Origin: Octopus bimaculoides
Lineage: Eukaryota
Length of the DNA: 55,501 bases
Direction of reading: 5' to 3'
Assembly (NCBI RefSeq): GCF_001194135.2
Contig: NC_068984.1
Coordinates: 70,875,013 to 70,930,513, forward strand
Positions 24,868 through 38,104 of this stretch are shown here, in pieces; position 1 is the first letter of the stretch, and every line of letters starts with the position of its first letter. The notes under the pieces were generated by a model. The model was not told where the DNA came from and did not search any database. It was given only the letters and a program-made list of their open reading frames with translations. The translations under genes were made by a program, and so were the position numbers.

Positions 24868-25425
24868 CATCATCATCATCGTCTTCGTCATTTAACGTCT
24901 GTTTCCCGTATCATCGCGTGTTAGACAGTTTAACAGGAACTAGCCCGCTGAAGAACTGCCCATGTTCGTTTTGGCATGGTTTCTATGGCTAGATGCCCTA
25001 CCTAATGCAAACCACTTTACAGAGTTTACTATGTGCTCTTACAAAGCAACTGCATGGGGGTAGTTACGTGGCACCAGTATGTGTGCTTTTTATGTGGCAC
25101 CAACTCCCATTAGCCCACAAGATTACGAATGTTCAGTTGGAGAGGCATCTGGGAGGACATGCCTGTATGCAAGGACAGACATAATTTTACTTCGGTTGAC
25201 ATGTCTTCTCAAGCACAACAAACCTCCAGGAGTCTCAATTCCTTGTCATCCTCTCTTTGAGGTCCAATGTCTCAAGATCCTTCCTCAGTACTTCATCCCA
25301 CGTCTTCTAGGGTCTACCCCTTCCACTTGTTCCCTCCACAATTAGAGATTGATGACTCTTGATACAATTGTCTTCATTCATAGGCATTTCATTACTGTAC
25401 CAGCACAGTTTTTCTCTCTTGCACA
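24868..25425 (-). mobile_element. RTE LINE 3' end with (GAT)n tail
   Basis: Minus: EGTSGRGRP*KTWDEVLRKDL, then UTR and tail GACGTTAAATGACGAAGACGATGATG. Confidence 0.85.
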
Positions 25426-26883
25426 CCACATCTGTGTGTATGTGTGTATGTGTGTATGTGTGTGCGTGCGTACAAGTGCATTAAATTAGGTCCGTAAGAT
25501 CATTGAGAGATTGGTACCAAATGTTAGTCATAAAGACTGTGCCATTCAACAAACTGGATAACAAATTAAAGAGACAAAGTGTCCATTTTATCACTTCATA
25601 TTTAATGCATGATATTGCAATAGCCAGAGTTTTGAAGAACTGTAAATCTTGAGTATCCTCTCAAAAATACAAAACATGTGTATAGAGTAGATATAATCAA
25701 TCTCATACAACTCCTAGGTACACTCCTACATGAACATCTTGTCAAAGCAAGGAATAAATATGAGATCACTCCATGGATTTCAACTCTTTTACCAAATGCA
25801 AAGTAAATGATAAACAAAAAAAAAAGGGTATTCCAATACATTAGCAAACAAGTCTATAAGATAATCCACCCAGTTTATAAAACGATTTAAATTTGCATGT
25901 TATGCATTGTGAAATTTGAACAGGGATCTTATTTTTAAAAATTGTGAACTCATTTTGATGCTCATACAATAGGCCATGATTAATATACTTGAACATTTAC
26001 TAGCCTCAAATAGTGTAAAATGATGCGACACTGTCTTCAAAGCTTTAGTTAATCATATCGACTAAAGCACTTGTTTAATCTGATACATTTTTCTTTACTT
26101 TTCTCTTCAATGTATCTAAAGCCATGCAGGATATGACATAAGCCTAAGCTATTTCTTTAGACAAATATAAAAACACACACTGTACACTCGCACATATATG
26201 CACACATGTTCTTTATACTTCTTGAATGCTCTTTTAATAAACGCACCAAATCAAAATATTTAATCATGAATTAAAACGTCTTTTCTTTTACATAAGCACT
26301 AAGTAAAAGTAGGATTAGAGTTAACCATTTGACTCTAAACCGTCAAGCATTTTAGCTATTCATATCAATACCATCTTTAATCTGGTGTGCATTTGATCAG
26401 TTTTTATGTGGCATGAAAATGTTGCATCTATTTAGAAACATAACACATAAAATAATGAATACAAATGTAGACCCATTCGCACACACATATATATTCTTTG
26501 TTTGTTTTTAATTATTTCAGTCATTGATTTGTGGTGATTCTTGGACAACATCTGTGATAAATCTTACTCATAAGATACCGGTCAATTATAGGCTGCAGAG
26601 TGAAATTGAATTCGTCATGGCAAGAAGGCAATGAGACATTAATTATAAGGCTATATAATCTGTTTTCATTTTTTTAATGGCTTCAACCATTAAATTGTGG
26701 TAATATTAATACCTTGCCTTCAAGGGTTTAGTTGATTGCATGCATATGATTCTACCTATGTTATTGAACACGAAAGATAGATTGACATATTTGAGCTAGA
26801 TGTAAAGGTATGTAATGTAAAGGTATGTAATCTAAAAGGACCTAATATAACTAGGTATTTTCATATGATGTACTGACTCCACA

Positions 26884-26916
26884 ATACACACACACACACA
26901 TATATATATGTGTGTG

Positions 26917-27001
<85 letters not shown>

Positions 27002-27006
27002 TACAT

Positions 27007-27039
<33 letters not shown>

Positions 27040-27082
27040 CATACATACATACACATATATATATATATATATATATATACAC
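26884..27082. repeat. Compound (CA)n/(TA)n microsatellite
   Basis: Direct reading. Confidence 0.97.
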
Positions 27083-27449
27083 ACTCGACAATATGGGTTT
27101 GGTGTATTGATTGGATTCTTGGAATGTGTTGTAGAGTTTTATGATTCGTTGACGTGTTTCAGAGAGGTTTTGCAGGTTGTTTCTCATTGTGAGAAGAAAG
27201 TAGATATTTCTTATTTTATCACATTTTCATGAGATTTCTCCCTCTCACGTTCTCTGGTTTGAAGGTAATTTACAAAGTTTGAGGTTGGTCTTTTATCATA
27301 TTGTTCAGATAGAAACTCATCTAGCTTTCTTCCTCGTTGTACAATTACTTTTATAATATGATTTTTACCTTCCATTTCTTCTGGAAGGGCTGTCGAAAAT
27401 ATGTCCCTTTTTTCTAATTTTCAAACCAGTCGACGTTTCTTTCCCAACA

Positions 27450-28178
27450 TTGGAGAGATTTCTGTTGTCTCTTTCTATACATTCTTTTCTTTTTTTCCCT
27501 AGTTTTAAGATATTTTCGAGGATCAGGCTCTTGAAATCTAATTACAATGAAATGAAAGGCAACATTTCAGAATTCTGCAGAAAATTACGACTCAGAAAAA
27601 AAGAAAGGAACTATACAAAAAATACATATAAATATAAATAAGATAAACATGCCTGCACGAAACAGCAGTAACTCTACTTCTCCAAAAGGTTGGAACAAAC
27701 CCCTTGATGGCTTCTGTGAGTACATTTAAAATTTTCCGTATGAACACGGGTACACGCAACAAACCAAATCACATTTCGAAAATAGTTAATATGAAAACAT
27801 AAACAAACGAAAAATTGACAAAGAAATAGCATTGAAGAGGCCAATAATGGAAATGCAATAATCTTGATGGATACATAATACAACATAAAAATTGTGTTAT
27901 CCGTATTACAAGACAATACATACATATAAAACCGAAAAGTGTAATCAATAGAATATAATGAGAAGCCTTGTAATATTAATAAACCTATACCGAAAATTAC
28001 TAACTGACAAAAGAACATAACTGTATATAACTATATTACTATTTTTGAATACAAATCAAGCCTTCTTTGTGGCATTCCAAAAGTTCACAAAAGTTTTTAA
28101 ATGAGAGAAACCTGCAAAGGAACAGCATACGTATATATTGATTGACAATCTCACAAAATAAACTGAAATTTAGATTTG
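27450..28178 (+). mobile_element. Decayed Penelope-like element (N-terminal region and start of RT)
   Basis: NISEFCRKLRL; IEEANNGNAIILMDT*Y (IK.ADKG-type); LLCGIPKVHKS (YGLPKIHK-type); LKFRF, cut at 28179 by an LTR. Confidence 0.78.
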
Positions 28179-30659
28179 TGTAGCAGTGATTCGAATCCTA
28201 AAACCTAGATAACTGGTCAGTCACCAAGGCCCAACCTCAAAAGTTTCATGTGATCGGTCTATTATGCAAACAATCAGCGTGAAGCTGTTGTGGAATTTAA
28301 TCTTCTAGAATCTTCTTGTGCCCTATTAAAAAACGGTTTTTTCGGTAATTAATCGTAGTGTTCAAAGGCAGCTGAGAGATATGCGCCTCCATTCTTGCCA
28401 GCAGACTTCTCAGGCAGATGACACAGGAGATAGCTAAGGCGTAGACGGCTCAGATAGTTAACCTAGAACTTTCGTCTCCATGATGATAGCACAACTGTTT
28501 TCAGATATATTATGCAGTCAGCATGTTGCCGTTCGAATAGCTTACTGTAATCTCAGAGCAGTATCCCTCTCCCAGTCTGTAATTATTGCTGTTGTTAACT
28601 GTAAAAGGCCAATACAGTCTATCTTTATGTGCAACAATAAAATCTTCCGTTATATATTCGCGGGTGTTGTTTAGTTAATTCTTCAAGCAGCCCGAGAAAA
28701 AGATTTTCACTCATTAACTCATCCAGCTACTTTATCAGCAACCACAGAACACCTTAATGCACTCGTGTTATTGGTGACACCTGACATTCATCTTCTCGAC
28801 GTTTGGTGATGTTCGACTCAGAAATAGACAGCAAAAACCATCATCATAGACCCGATTCATTAAGCACGTGATTATCAACTCATCACGAATATCACAACGA
28901 CGAGAAAAAGGCCTGAGGAGCAGACGCCGTCAGATATACAATTCTTACTACTGCGACGCCTACTTCTGCAAGCTATGACGTTGGAACACTATTAGCTCAG
29001 ACGCATCTTATGTTTTGCTCGAAATAGCAGTCAAATCTAATATTCATTACAGAAAAATATCTCTTCTCTTGAATATGTGATTCCGGAGCGAAGTTGATCC
29101 AGAACCTTCCCGAGTTCGCTGTAACGGCCAGCATTTAATCTTTTCATATCCGTTCATTTTCGTGGTTCCAACTAATTTGTGCTTAAAAGAAATGACAACA
29201 ACATATATTATGGATATTTCTTATTCAAATACTTCTGGAAAAAAGAAGTTTATCCTCTCACTTTCTTGTCTTACAATTCCCTTGAATTGGCAAATATCCG
29301 TGAAATGACTGAAGACAAAATTCAGCCACTGACACGCGCAATATCACTTGTCTCATTATTTTGTGAGCTCAAACTCTCATGACTGAAGCACTTCAACAAA
29401 TCGTTCATTCACTGTGTTCAACTTGGTTCTTAAAAATTAGCTGTTTAATTGGGGGAAATCGGCAGTTTTCTCTTGTCAATAATGCACTTATATCATTCCT
29501 AGGAAGCCCTTTCACCAAGTATGTCAATCTCCAAACAATAACTAATACGATATAATCCGACACTCCAGACTCAGAAAACACGTTGATTATATTTTACAAT
29601 TTATTGTGAGTATATGGCATATCAGGGGTGCTGAAAATTTTTTTTCAGCGGAAATAGCAGCTTGCATGAACCAAACAGCCGTATTTCTTGGCCCAAAAGA
29701 AGCCAGCAACACAACGTATATGACTTCACAAAAAAGACTCTCAAGAACATTTTCTGTGCATATTTCTATGATTACTTTGCATATTGTTTTTATTAAAAAT
29801 TTCAAAAATATTTTGCCCTGGCTGCAAACGCCATTCCTTCAAAAACACTTTTATATATTTGCAGCAGACATGCTCAAAGTTACCAAATTTTTCTGCAGGC
29901 TTCATTACAATCAGTCTCACAAACGCATGCGTATTATATGGTGTCCCATATTTCTAGGCGACTATACACCATCTATGCATTTCTATTACTCAATGTTCTG
30001 ATAACTTGCATCTTTAAGAGTCATTTTCTCTATTTGCACGTGCTCCACATTTTAACACAATTTTGCATATATGGACTCTATATATGGACAATGTTTATTT
30101 GTCTTCACTTTGTTACATGCCTTTATACTTTTGTATTTTATATTTCAATATTTGCCTTGTATTTCCAATTAGATTTAAATTTTAGTCCTCACTCAAGTAT
30201 ATATGCACTATTCTCTCTTTTTTTTTTTTTTTTTGCAGATTTTCTTTTTATTGTTCCACTCTTTTCCACTCCCTAATAAGTTTGGGGGAGACTGCTGTAG
30301 CGGTGATTCGACAATCATCACAACCTAACCACAATAGTTTCATGTGTTCGACCTATTAAGCAACCAATCAGCGTGAAGCTGTCACGTGGTTTAATCTTTT
30401 GGAATTTTCTTGTGGTATTCTATAAAAAGGCCCCGTTTGGAGATAATTAATAGCAGACAGCTGAAATTGGGATGAGTTACATACGCTATCTCTGATGCCA
30501 GTAGACTGTCTAGATAAACTTTTCACGAAGACAGCCAAGACAGACGGCTCAGATACATGACCTAGAACCTCCATTGTCACGAAAATAGCACAATTGCTTT
30601 CGGATATGTTGGGCAAACCGCGTGTTGTTGTGAGAATAGCTGAACGGCAGACAGGTACA
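28179..30659 (+). mobile_element. Decayed, internally deleted Ty3/Gypsy element with two diverged LTRs
   Basis: 5' LTR from TGTAGCAGTG (28179) to ~28770; tRNA-Trp-like PBS TGGTGACACCTGAC 28772-28785; RNase H relic LRKHVDYILQFIVSIWHIRGAEN (~29570-29640); PPT GGGGGAG 30284-30290; second LTR copy from TGTAGCGGTG (30296). Confidence 0.75.
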
Positions 30660-30931
30660 ATTTTGGTGCGAAAATTTCAGTTAGAATTCTAAGAAAAAAT
30701 ATTTGAAAAATGTCAGGCACTTTCCAAATAATTCTCTTGGAATTCTAATTGAAATCTACAAGATCACTTTAGCCTGTTAGCTTTCAAAGTGCCTGGCGAA
30801 TTGGTCTGCATATTTAATTCTTATCATAATACATTTATGAGCATAGAACTAGGTATACTATGGAAACGTGTGTAGCAAAATCTCCTCACCATTTCCTTTA
30901 TATGTATCTTTATATATATATATATATATAT

Positions 30932-31088
30932 NNNNNNNNNNNNNNNNNNNNNNNNNNNNNNNNNNNNNNNNNNNNNNNNNNNNNNNNNNNNNNNNNNNNN
31001 NNNNNNNNNNNNNNNNNNNNNNNNNNNNNNNNNNNNNNNNNNNNNNNNNNNNNNNNNNNNNNNNNNNNNNNNNNNNNNNNNNNNNNNN
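30932..31088. other. Assembly gap
   Basis: N run flanked by (TA)n. Confidence 1.
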
Positions 31089-31224
31089 ATATATATGTAT
31101 ATATATTTATAAATAAATAAATTTAAGTGTATATATACAAATATAAGTAAATGTCGAACGCAGTATAGCTGTGAAGACTGCAGAGAAAAATTGGGTATTT
31201 ACCCCCTCCCCTCTTAGAAGACGG

Positions 31225-31318
31225 AAAAAAAATTCCACCAGGTTGCTATGAGTAATCGAACCTTATACCCCTCTGGTACCAGTTGAGGGCTCTAAGCTAT
31301 TAAGCTGAGTGCCTCCTG
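31225..31318 (-). mobile_element. Isolated tRNA-like SINE head
   Basis: Minus: GGAGGCACTCAGCTTAATAGCTTAGAGC...GGTTCGATTACT (A/B-box-like). Confidence 0.5.
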
Positions 31319-31705
31319 ACACAATATCGGTCAATATGTTTATTGTATATAAATGTAAACGAATGTGTGAATAATTGAAGAAAGTAGAACTGAAGACATT
31401 TCGTAAGGGTTACATGATATATATGTTAATCACAATTTAACTCAACTCTCCATGATTTAAAGTATCGTATGTGCGTAGGACACGTCCATCTGATCAAATA
31501 CCATGATAAATTAAATTTGCTTCCCGACCACACTGATATGGATTCAGTTTCCCTGCATGAAACTTGGGGAAGCATTTTCTGCCACTGTCCCTGACCAAAA
31601 CCTCGTGAAGGGATTTCATAACTGAAGCTGAAAAATAAGTCTATGGTATGGTATATATGATGTATGTATGAATGTTTGTATACCTGCGGTGATTTTTGTA
31701 TGCAT

Positions 31706-32124
31706 AGGCGCAGGAGTGGCTGTGTGGTAAGTAGTTTGCTTACCAACCACATGGTTCTGGGTTCATTTCCACTGCTTGGTACCTTGGGCAAGTGTCTTCT
31801 GCTATAGCCTCGAGCCGACCAAAGCCTTGTGAGTGGATTTGGTAGGCGGAAACTGAAAGAAGCCCGTCGTATATATGTATATGTATATGTGTGTGTGTGT
31901 GTGTGTGCTTGTGTGTATTTGTGTCTGTGTTTGTCCCCCCAACATCGCTTGACAACCGACGCTGGTGTATTTACGTCCCCGTAACTTAGCGGTTCGGCAA
32001 AAAAGACCGATAGAATAAGTACTAGGCTTCCAAAGAATAAGTCCTGGGGTCGATTTGCTTAACTAAAGGTGGTGCTCCAGCATGGCTGCAGTCAAATAAC
32101 TGAAACAAGTAAAAGAGTAAAGAG
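31706..32124 (+). mobile_element. Full-length tRNA-derived octopus SINE with internal TA/TG microsatellite
   Basis: High similarity to 1968-2362. Confidence 0.92.
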
Positions 32125-33039
32125 AGTATGTATATGTGTGCACTCGTGTACAAGCATGTGTCTATATATGTGAATATATCTGCTTGTCAGATTGAGTGTG
32201 TTTACACAAATATAATTATATTTTATTAAAGGATGTAAAAAATGAATTATCAACGAACACATATTCTTTAATGAGTAAACATTTTCACTTCTGAAACCAC
32301 AGAAAATTTGCTATTTTCATTTTTTTAATTCTAACCAACAACTAAAGTAATTAAAATTTACTTTTTAATTTTTGGAAAATCTATAGTTTCCTCTGTCTGT
32401 AAGAATTTAAATATAATATGCTTCTTGAAAATTCTGTATAAAATATTGTATTGATTAGATTAATGCCACAGTGTATGTCTAAAGGATTTAAATTAATCGC
32501 ATCGCCTCCGGTTTATATATTTTGCCGATTCTGGAATATGCTGGAATTTATGTTATTAGAGACTCATTGTAATTGGAGTGTTCTGTATTATATTTTCACA
32601 ATATCCTTTCACTAAAATATACTCTTTTGAGTGTCTTCCTAGATTGTATTGTTAAAGATATACAATTCTTGAAACTGCCGTTGTGCTTGACTCTGATTTA
32701 AAACTGATCAAACAGACCTTTGATAAAAGTTTTTCCTGCAATGACAAGCTCTATCATTGATTTTATTTAGAGTTTTTGTTTTCAGAACTGCTTTATCCAG
32801 TATATCCTTCCCTTTGTAGGATAATATGGTGTCTCTTGTGGTAGAAATTCAGCCTCTATTTCTGGCCATTTGTGTAACTGTATAGAGAATTCCATCCTCA
32901 ATGATGTGCCATACATTAGTTTGTTCTAGCATGTGTAATTTTACTTTAAAACATATTTTAATTGCAACTGCTGTTTTTGAAAACACTGTTCTTAATGACA
33001 TTATTATATTGCATTTCAATGAAAGAAAAGACAAAGGCT

Positions 33040-33300
33040 GTTTGGTCAAGAGGTTCACTTGCAGCAATGTGGTTTTGGATTCGGTGCAACACAGCCACCT
33101 TGGGCAAGTTTGTCTTTTATTCTAAACCTGGTCCAACATGTGAATGAGTTCACTAGACAGAAACTATTCAGAAGTCTGTCAAAAGTGTGTGTTTCTGTAG
33201 GAGGTGTTCATGGTGTGTATTTGTGTATCTTTGTTTTTGCTTTTACCAGTCAATGCTTAATAACTGTTGCTAGTTTGCTTAAGCCTATATATATGTAAGC
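33040..33300 (+). mobile_element. Old diverged copy of the tRNA-SINE
   Basis: CACCTTGGGCAAGT..GTGAATGAGTT..CAGAAAC remnants. Confidence 0.55.
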
Positions 33301-33317
33301 ATATAAAAAATGGATAA

Positions 33318-33416
33318 CAATGATCTTGACAAATGACAAGGATTTCATAAATGACAAGGATTTGCCAAATGGCAATGATCATGGCAAATGACAATGATCA
33401 TTGCAAATGACAATGA
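33318..33416. repeat. ~18-19 bp minisatellite (AAATGACAAtGAT...)
   Basis: About five degenerate tandem copies. Confidence 0.75.
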
Positions 33417-35860
33417 ACCTATCTTTGTGGTCAGTGATTTCAATGGACATGTTGGGAAGCATCCTAGATGATTCCTTGGTGTGCATGGAGGCTACCAACT
33501 TAGATCTCAAAATGAGCAGGGATCAAGTCAGCTGCAGTTGATCTGCAATATTAACTTCACTAGACTAGATGATCTGCAATACTAACTTCACAAACCAGCC
33601 AGTCACTTGATCACCTATCAATGTGGTGGGCACATAAGCCAGATTGACTACATACTTTCCAGAAAGTGAAATGGACAGATGGTTTCAAATGGGAATCCTT
33701 TCATTTCCTGGAGAAGAAGGTATTATCCCACATAGTTAGTAATTTCAAACTTAAAGTTGGAAGGACTCTGAAAGACAACCCAATCTAGTAAAGTAAAATA
33801 TAATAAAACTTAAAAGATCTATTGAACAGTCAGAGATTAAGGGAAGTTATAATTAAAGCATTTGATGAGATGGAGGAAGAAGTAAAGATGCATAACATAG
33901 AGAGTAGCTGGAACTTCTTACTGGAGAACACTACTGAGGGCAACAGGCATAATTTGTTGCTAATATGAAATTCCAGTTATGCCAAGCACGACTAGGTGGT
34001 GAAACAGTGATGTAGACAAAACCCTGAAAATAAAGAGACAGGCAACAAGCTTAGAAAGATTGAAAGAATGGAGGCAATTAGAAAAGCTATGGGACCAGTC
34101 AATGTAGCAAGGAGAGAAGACAAGAAGAGGTTAAAAAAATGTTATGCAGTGTGAGAATCAGAGAAGCATTTTTCCAGATTGTAAGACAAGACATTAGGAA
34201 ATATTTAGATGTCGTGGAAGAGAATTGAGTATAGTCCTGAAATTAGCAACTCCAAAATGAAAGAGACATTGATACGCTATTATGAATGGCAAATAAATGT
34301 GAAGAATGCATTGGAGAAGATGTCTTCCAAATGTGAACCCAATACAGGGACCAGCCATTTAGTTGACAGTAGGATGACAGGTAAATGAATTAAGGTTATG
34401 AAGACAGGAAACATCCTGATCCATCAGGAAATACCAGTGGAAAGCTTAATATATCTAACAGAGTGGGACACTACCTAGTCATCCATATATCTGATCATGT
34501 TTTACAGGAAGATATCATAGTCAACAATTGGCATTAGAACATTCTAATTAACTGTTACAAGGATAAAGAAGATGGTTTGGATAGAAGTAATTACAGAGGT
34601 ACCAAATTGCTGGATAAGGTCATGGATGTTATAGAAAGAGCTACAGCTCAACTAATTAGGAATATAATTATACCATGTGAGATGAAGTTTAATTTTATGT
34701 TGAGGAGAAGTACTACAGATACTTTCATTCTAGTAAGCCATCTGCAAAGTAATCAGCCGAAAGTAGACTGCTGTATTTGGTATCTGTTAACTTAGAGAAA
34801 GCTTTTGGCAGAGTGTCTCACACCCTGATATGGTGGTTACAGTGGAAGCTAGAAGCTGATAAATGCTTGTGATAGCCATTCAAGTCACATAGCATGGGAT
34901 GGATTGTCAGGAAAGTGAGAGTTAGCAATAACTATAGCTACGAATTTAGTGTGTTGGTAGGAGTTCATCAGGATTTGGCCTTCATTCATTTCCTGTTTAT
35001 TAGAGTTCTCCAGGTCATAACAGTAATGTTTATGACTGGCTGCCTGTGGGAAATCCTCTATGATGATGGCCTTGTTCTTATAGCTGAATCTGTAGTAGCA
35101 TTAGAAATGATATTCCAGGTGCAGAAGCAAAACCTAGAATCAACATGCCTTAAACTAAACTTAGCAAAGGCCAAAGTTCTAGTATGCAAAAAACACAGGA
35201 CAAACCACCAAGATCTTCAGGAAATGGCTCTGTTTAGTATGTAGAATAGGTGGTGGTAGTAATCACAGTTTACCCAGTACAAACTATGGATACATAAGAC
35301 GTGTATTAGAATTACAAGAAGATTAAAAGAGAAGGAAGATTTGCTTGTGACCAATGCAAGGTGTAATAAACACAGCAAAAGTAAATTTTCTCAAATGCCC
35401 AAGAGGAACCTTGCAGTTAGTAGAAAGTTTCTGTTACTTACATAAGCTAATTATCAGTAGAAGAGAATGTTCTGAGTATTATTGACTTTGTTGGTAACAA
35501 AATGACTCTTTCTCAGAGTGAAAAGCAGATTATATGATGCTTGTGGACAAACAGCAAAACTACACAGTAGTGGAATTTGGTTCGTGAATGCAGATGAGAT
35601 GTGAAGATAACAAAGAAAAAAAACTATAATGCTGTGCTGATGTGCAATGTCCTCATAGGATAATTGTGCTGAAAGATTTTGGGGCAAAACAGATGTCAGA
35701 GGTAATGTGAAAAAAAGAAAACTGTGCCGGTATAGTCACGTCATGTGTAAGAATGAGGACATTTGCACAAAGAACTACCAATCACTAAGAGTAGATGGAA
35801 TCTTCGGAAGAGAGAGACCCAAGAAAATTTGAGACAAATTAAGGTAAACTTCGTTCAGGT
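33405..35860 (+). mobile_element. Decayed RTE LINE (APE endonuclease plus RT)
   Basis: VSDFNGHVGKH (APE); NYRGTKLL; VGVHQ; EILYDDGLVLIAES (YADD relic); many stops and frameshifts. Confidence 0.85.
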
Positions 35861-36029
35861 TATGATTCTCACAGTTTTGCTGAAGAATTTTTTTCATCAC
35901 AACAGATTCCTCTCTTACCAAGATTTTGTATCAACGTTTTGTGCTCAATCATTCTGGTTTGCCAAATATGCTATCATGTTTCTTTCTAGACTTTGTATAT
36001 TCTCTGTAATCACTTTTCATATTCTAATA

Positions 36030-36560
36030 GCATACAACATTGCACTATCTACAAAAGTATCATACAGTCCACCTTTCAACCAGATAAAGAATCTCTTTGT
36101 CATCTGCAGGTTAATAGCTACCTGAAATATTTCCACCCCATTATTTCTTTTACTTTTATGTTTTCTTCCTTCACTGTTAATTGTGAGAAAGCTGAGCCTT
36201 ATGAGCCAGTAATGCATTTAGAATCTGACTATTGTCAAATGAAGTGCCAAATGATCTAGATGGAAGGAAGCTGCAAAAGAAAAGAAATAAAACTAAGGAT
36301 TGCATAAGAAGTGGTACAGGTAGATCCCAAAAGGTTGAAATTATTTAAGAGAACAAACAGTTGCTGCAAGAAAACATAGTAGTCAGAGTAAGGACAGGGT
36401 GAGAAAAGATCAGGAAGATGTTAATCTGCAGATGACAAAGAGGCTTTGATATGAATGAAAGGCAGAGTGCATGATACTGTTGTAAGAAGTGTGATGTGGC
36501 ATGGTAGAAAGATATGAATAGGGATTACAGAGAATGTGCTGGAGAATATGTGAGCATTTC
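36030..36560. mobile_element. Two RTE C-terminal fragments in opposite orientation
   Basis: Minus ~36030-36250 (LKGGLYDTFVDSAML) and plus ~36400-36560 share TTAAtCTGCAGATGACAAAGAG. Confidence 0.6.
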
Positions 36561-36894
36561 ATACACATCTGGATAAGCAGATGTAAAATATTATGTATCT
36601 GCTGTTATCATCTGGTTCTCATCATTTTTCTCTTAATGCTTGTTTTTCCATGCTTATGTAGGTCATTCATAATTCATTGAGGCAAATATTCTATAACCAG
36701 ATGCTCTACCCTGTCACCAACTTTTACCTGTTTCCATACAACATAATGTTTTCCCTTGTTCAAACACAAAAAGCACAATTATGATGATTATTTTTTCATT
36801 GATTGCAAACAAATGACACCACATGTATGAAGTGACAATTGTTTACAATCATCATGAAATATCAAGGGAAGGAGATATACGCATACACATAGTA

Positions 36895-37345
36895 TACATG
36901 TATGTACGTCGTTGTTTTATCTCAAGACTTTTTGCCAATAGAGAAACGGCCAGTTTCTAACCTAGTTCCAAGACGCCTTAACTGGAATTTCAACAACGTC
37001 AACAGGGTATTTTTGTATATGTATGTATATATATATGTATGTATGTATATATGCAGATCTGTATGTTTTGTTTTATGTATGTATTCTCATATCATATAGT
37101 TGTATATCTAGACATGTTCATATATACTTAAATGATAAAATTCTGGAAAGTTTTCCAGATTTTACAGTTCCAGTGATGGACTGGATCTGTAGTCTTCGAA
37201 TCAGCTTTAACCTTTTTGGTTCTGAGAAACCTAATTTCTTGAGATTCATATTTAGGCAGTGTGTTACATATCCTAGTGCTCCAATAATTACAAGTATAAA
37301 CCTGAACTTGTAATCTGGGTAGAGTAGCTGTAGATTACTCATTAG
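36895..37345 (-). mobile_element. 3' end of a second R4/Dong-type RLE LINE family in a (TACA)n context
   Basis: Minus ORF YKFRFILVIIGALGYVTHCLNMNLKKLGFS...LQIQSITGTVK, then UTR ending in ACATACAT. Confidence 0.75.
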
Positions 37346-37730
37346 TTCAGCATAGATATTTTTTTCGTTGATCTATAGATTTATGTTAACATCCACTGGC
37401 AGCTGATTTTCACAACTATACACAGTTTCTCTTCTCTACCCCAAATTGATATGTCAGGTATATATGTATGTATGTATGTATGCATGTATGTATGTGCTTC
37501 TGGTAACATATAATCCAGTACAACCTGCTGCATGGTTGGATCATTAGAAACCAAACTGGCAACCCCACTAAGCTTGCTCAGCAAGGAGAATGACTGGGTA
37601 CCCAGTAGGATGAAAAGCAAAACCTATCAAAAGGCAGATGAATTTATTAATGTCAATTGCTATCTAATACTGCTTACACATACATGTATATATACTGACA
37701 TATATGTATACACACACATACACACACACA

Positions 37731-37774
<44 letters not shown>

Positions 37775-37777
37775 AAC

Positions 37778-37994
37778 CAAGGGGTACTGAAAAGTTCCTG
37801 GCTTTAGGTAAAAGAAAATAAAGGAGGATCAGTTGATTAAGATTTTATTCAACATATTCCTGTCTCAGACTCATACACTTATTGGCAGTGGTCCTTTAGT
37901 TTTTCTAAGCTTTGTAAAATGACTCAGAAGATTGAACTTCCAGCCAAACCTTTTGCGATACCCTTAAAGCCTGGAACTTTTCAGCACCCCCTCG
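37778..37994. mobile_element. Mariner-type MITE
   Basis: TIRs CAAGGGGTACTGAAAAGTTCCTGGCTTTA / TAAAGCCTGGAACTTTTCAGCACCCCCTCG. Confidence 0.85.
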
Positions 37995-38002
37995 TTTTTG
38001 TG

Positions 38003-38003
38003 C

Positions 38004-38058
<55 letters not shown>

Positions 38059-38067
38059 ATATATATA

Positions 38068-38100
<33 letters not shown>
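38003..38100. repeat. (TA)n/(TG)n microsatellite
   Basis: Direct reading. Confidence 0.95.

Positions 38101-38104
<4 letters not shown>

Noticed and set aside
27150-27450. GAAACACGTC / GAAACGTCGA on minus and a ~65-codon open frame near the PLE
   Set aside because: No upstream HHR core; coding status unsupported.
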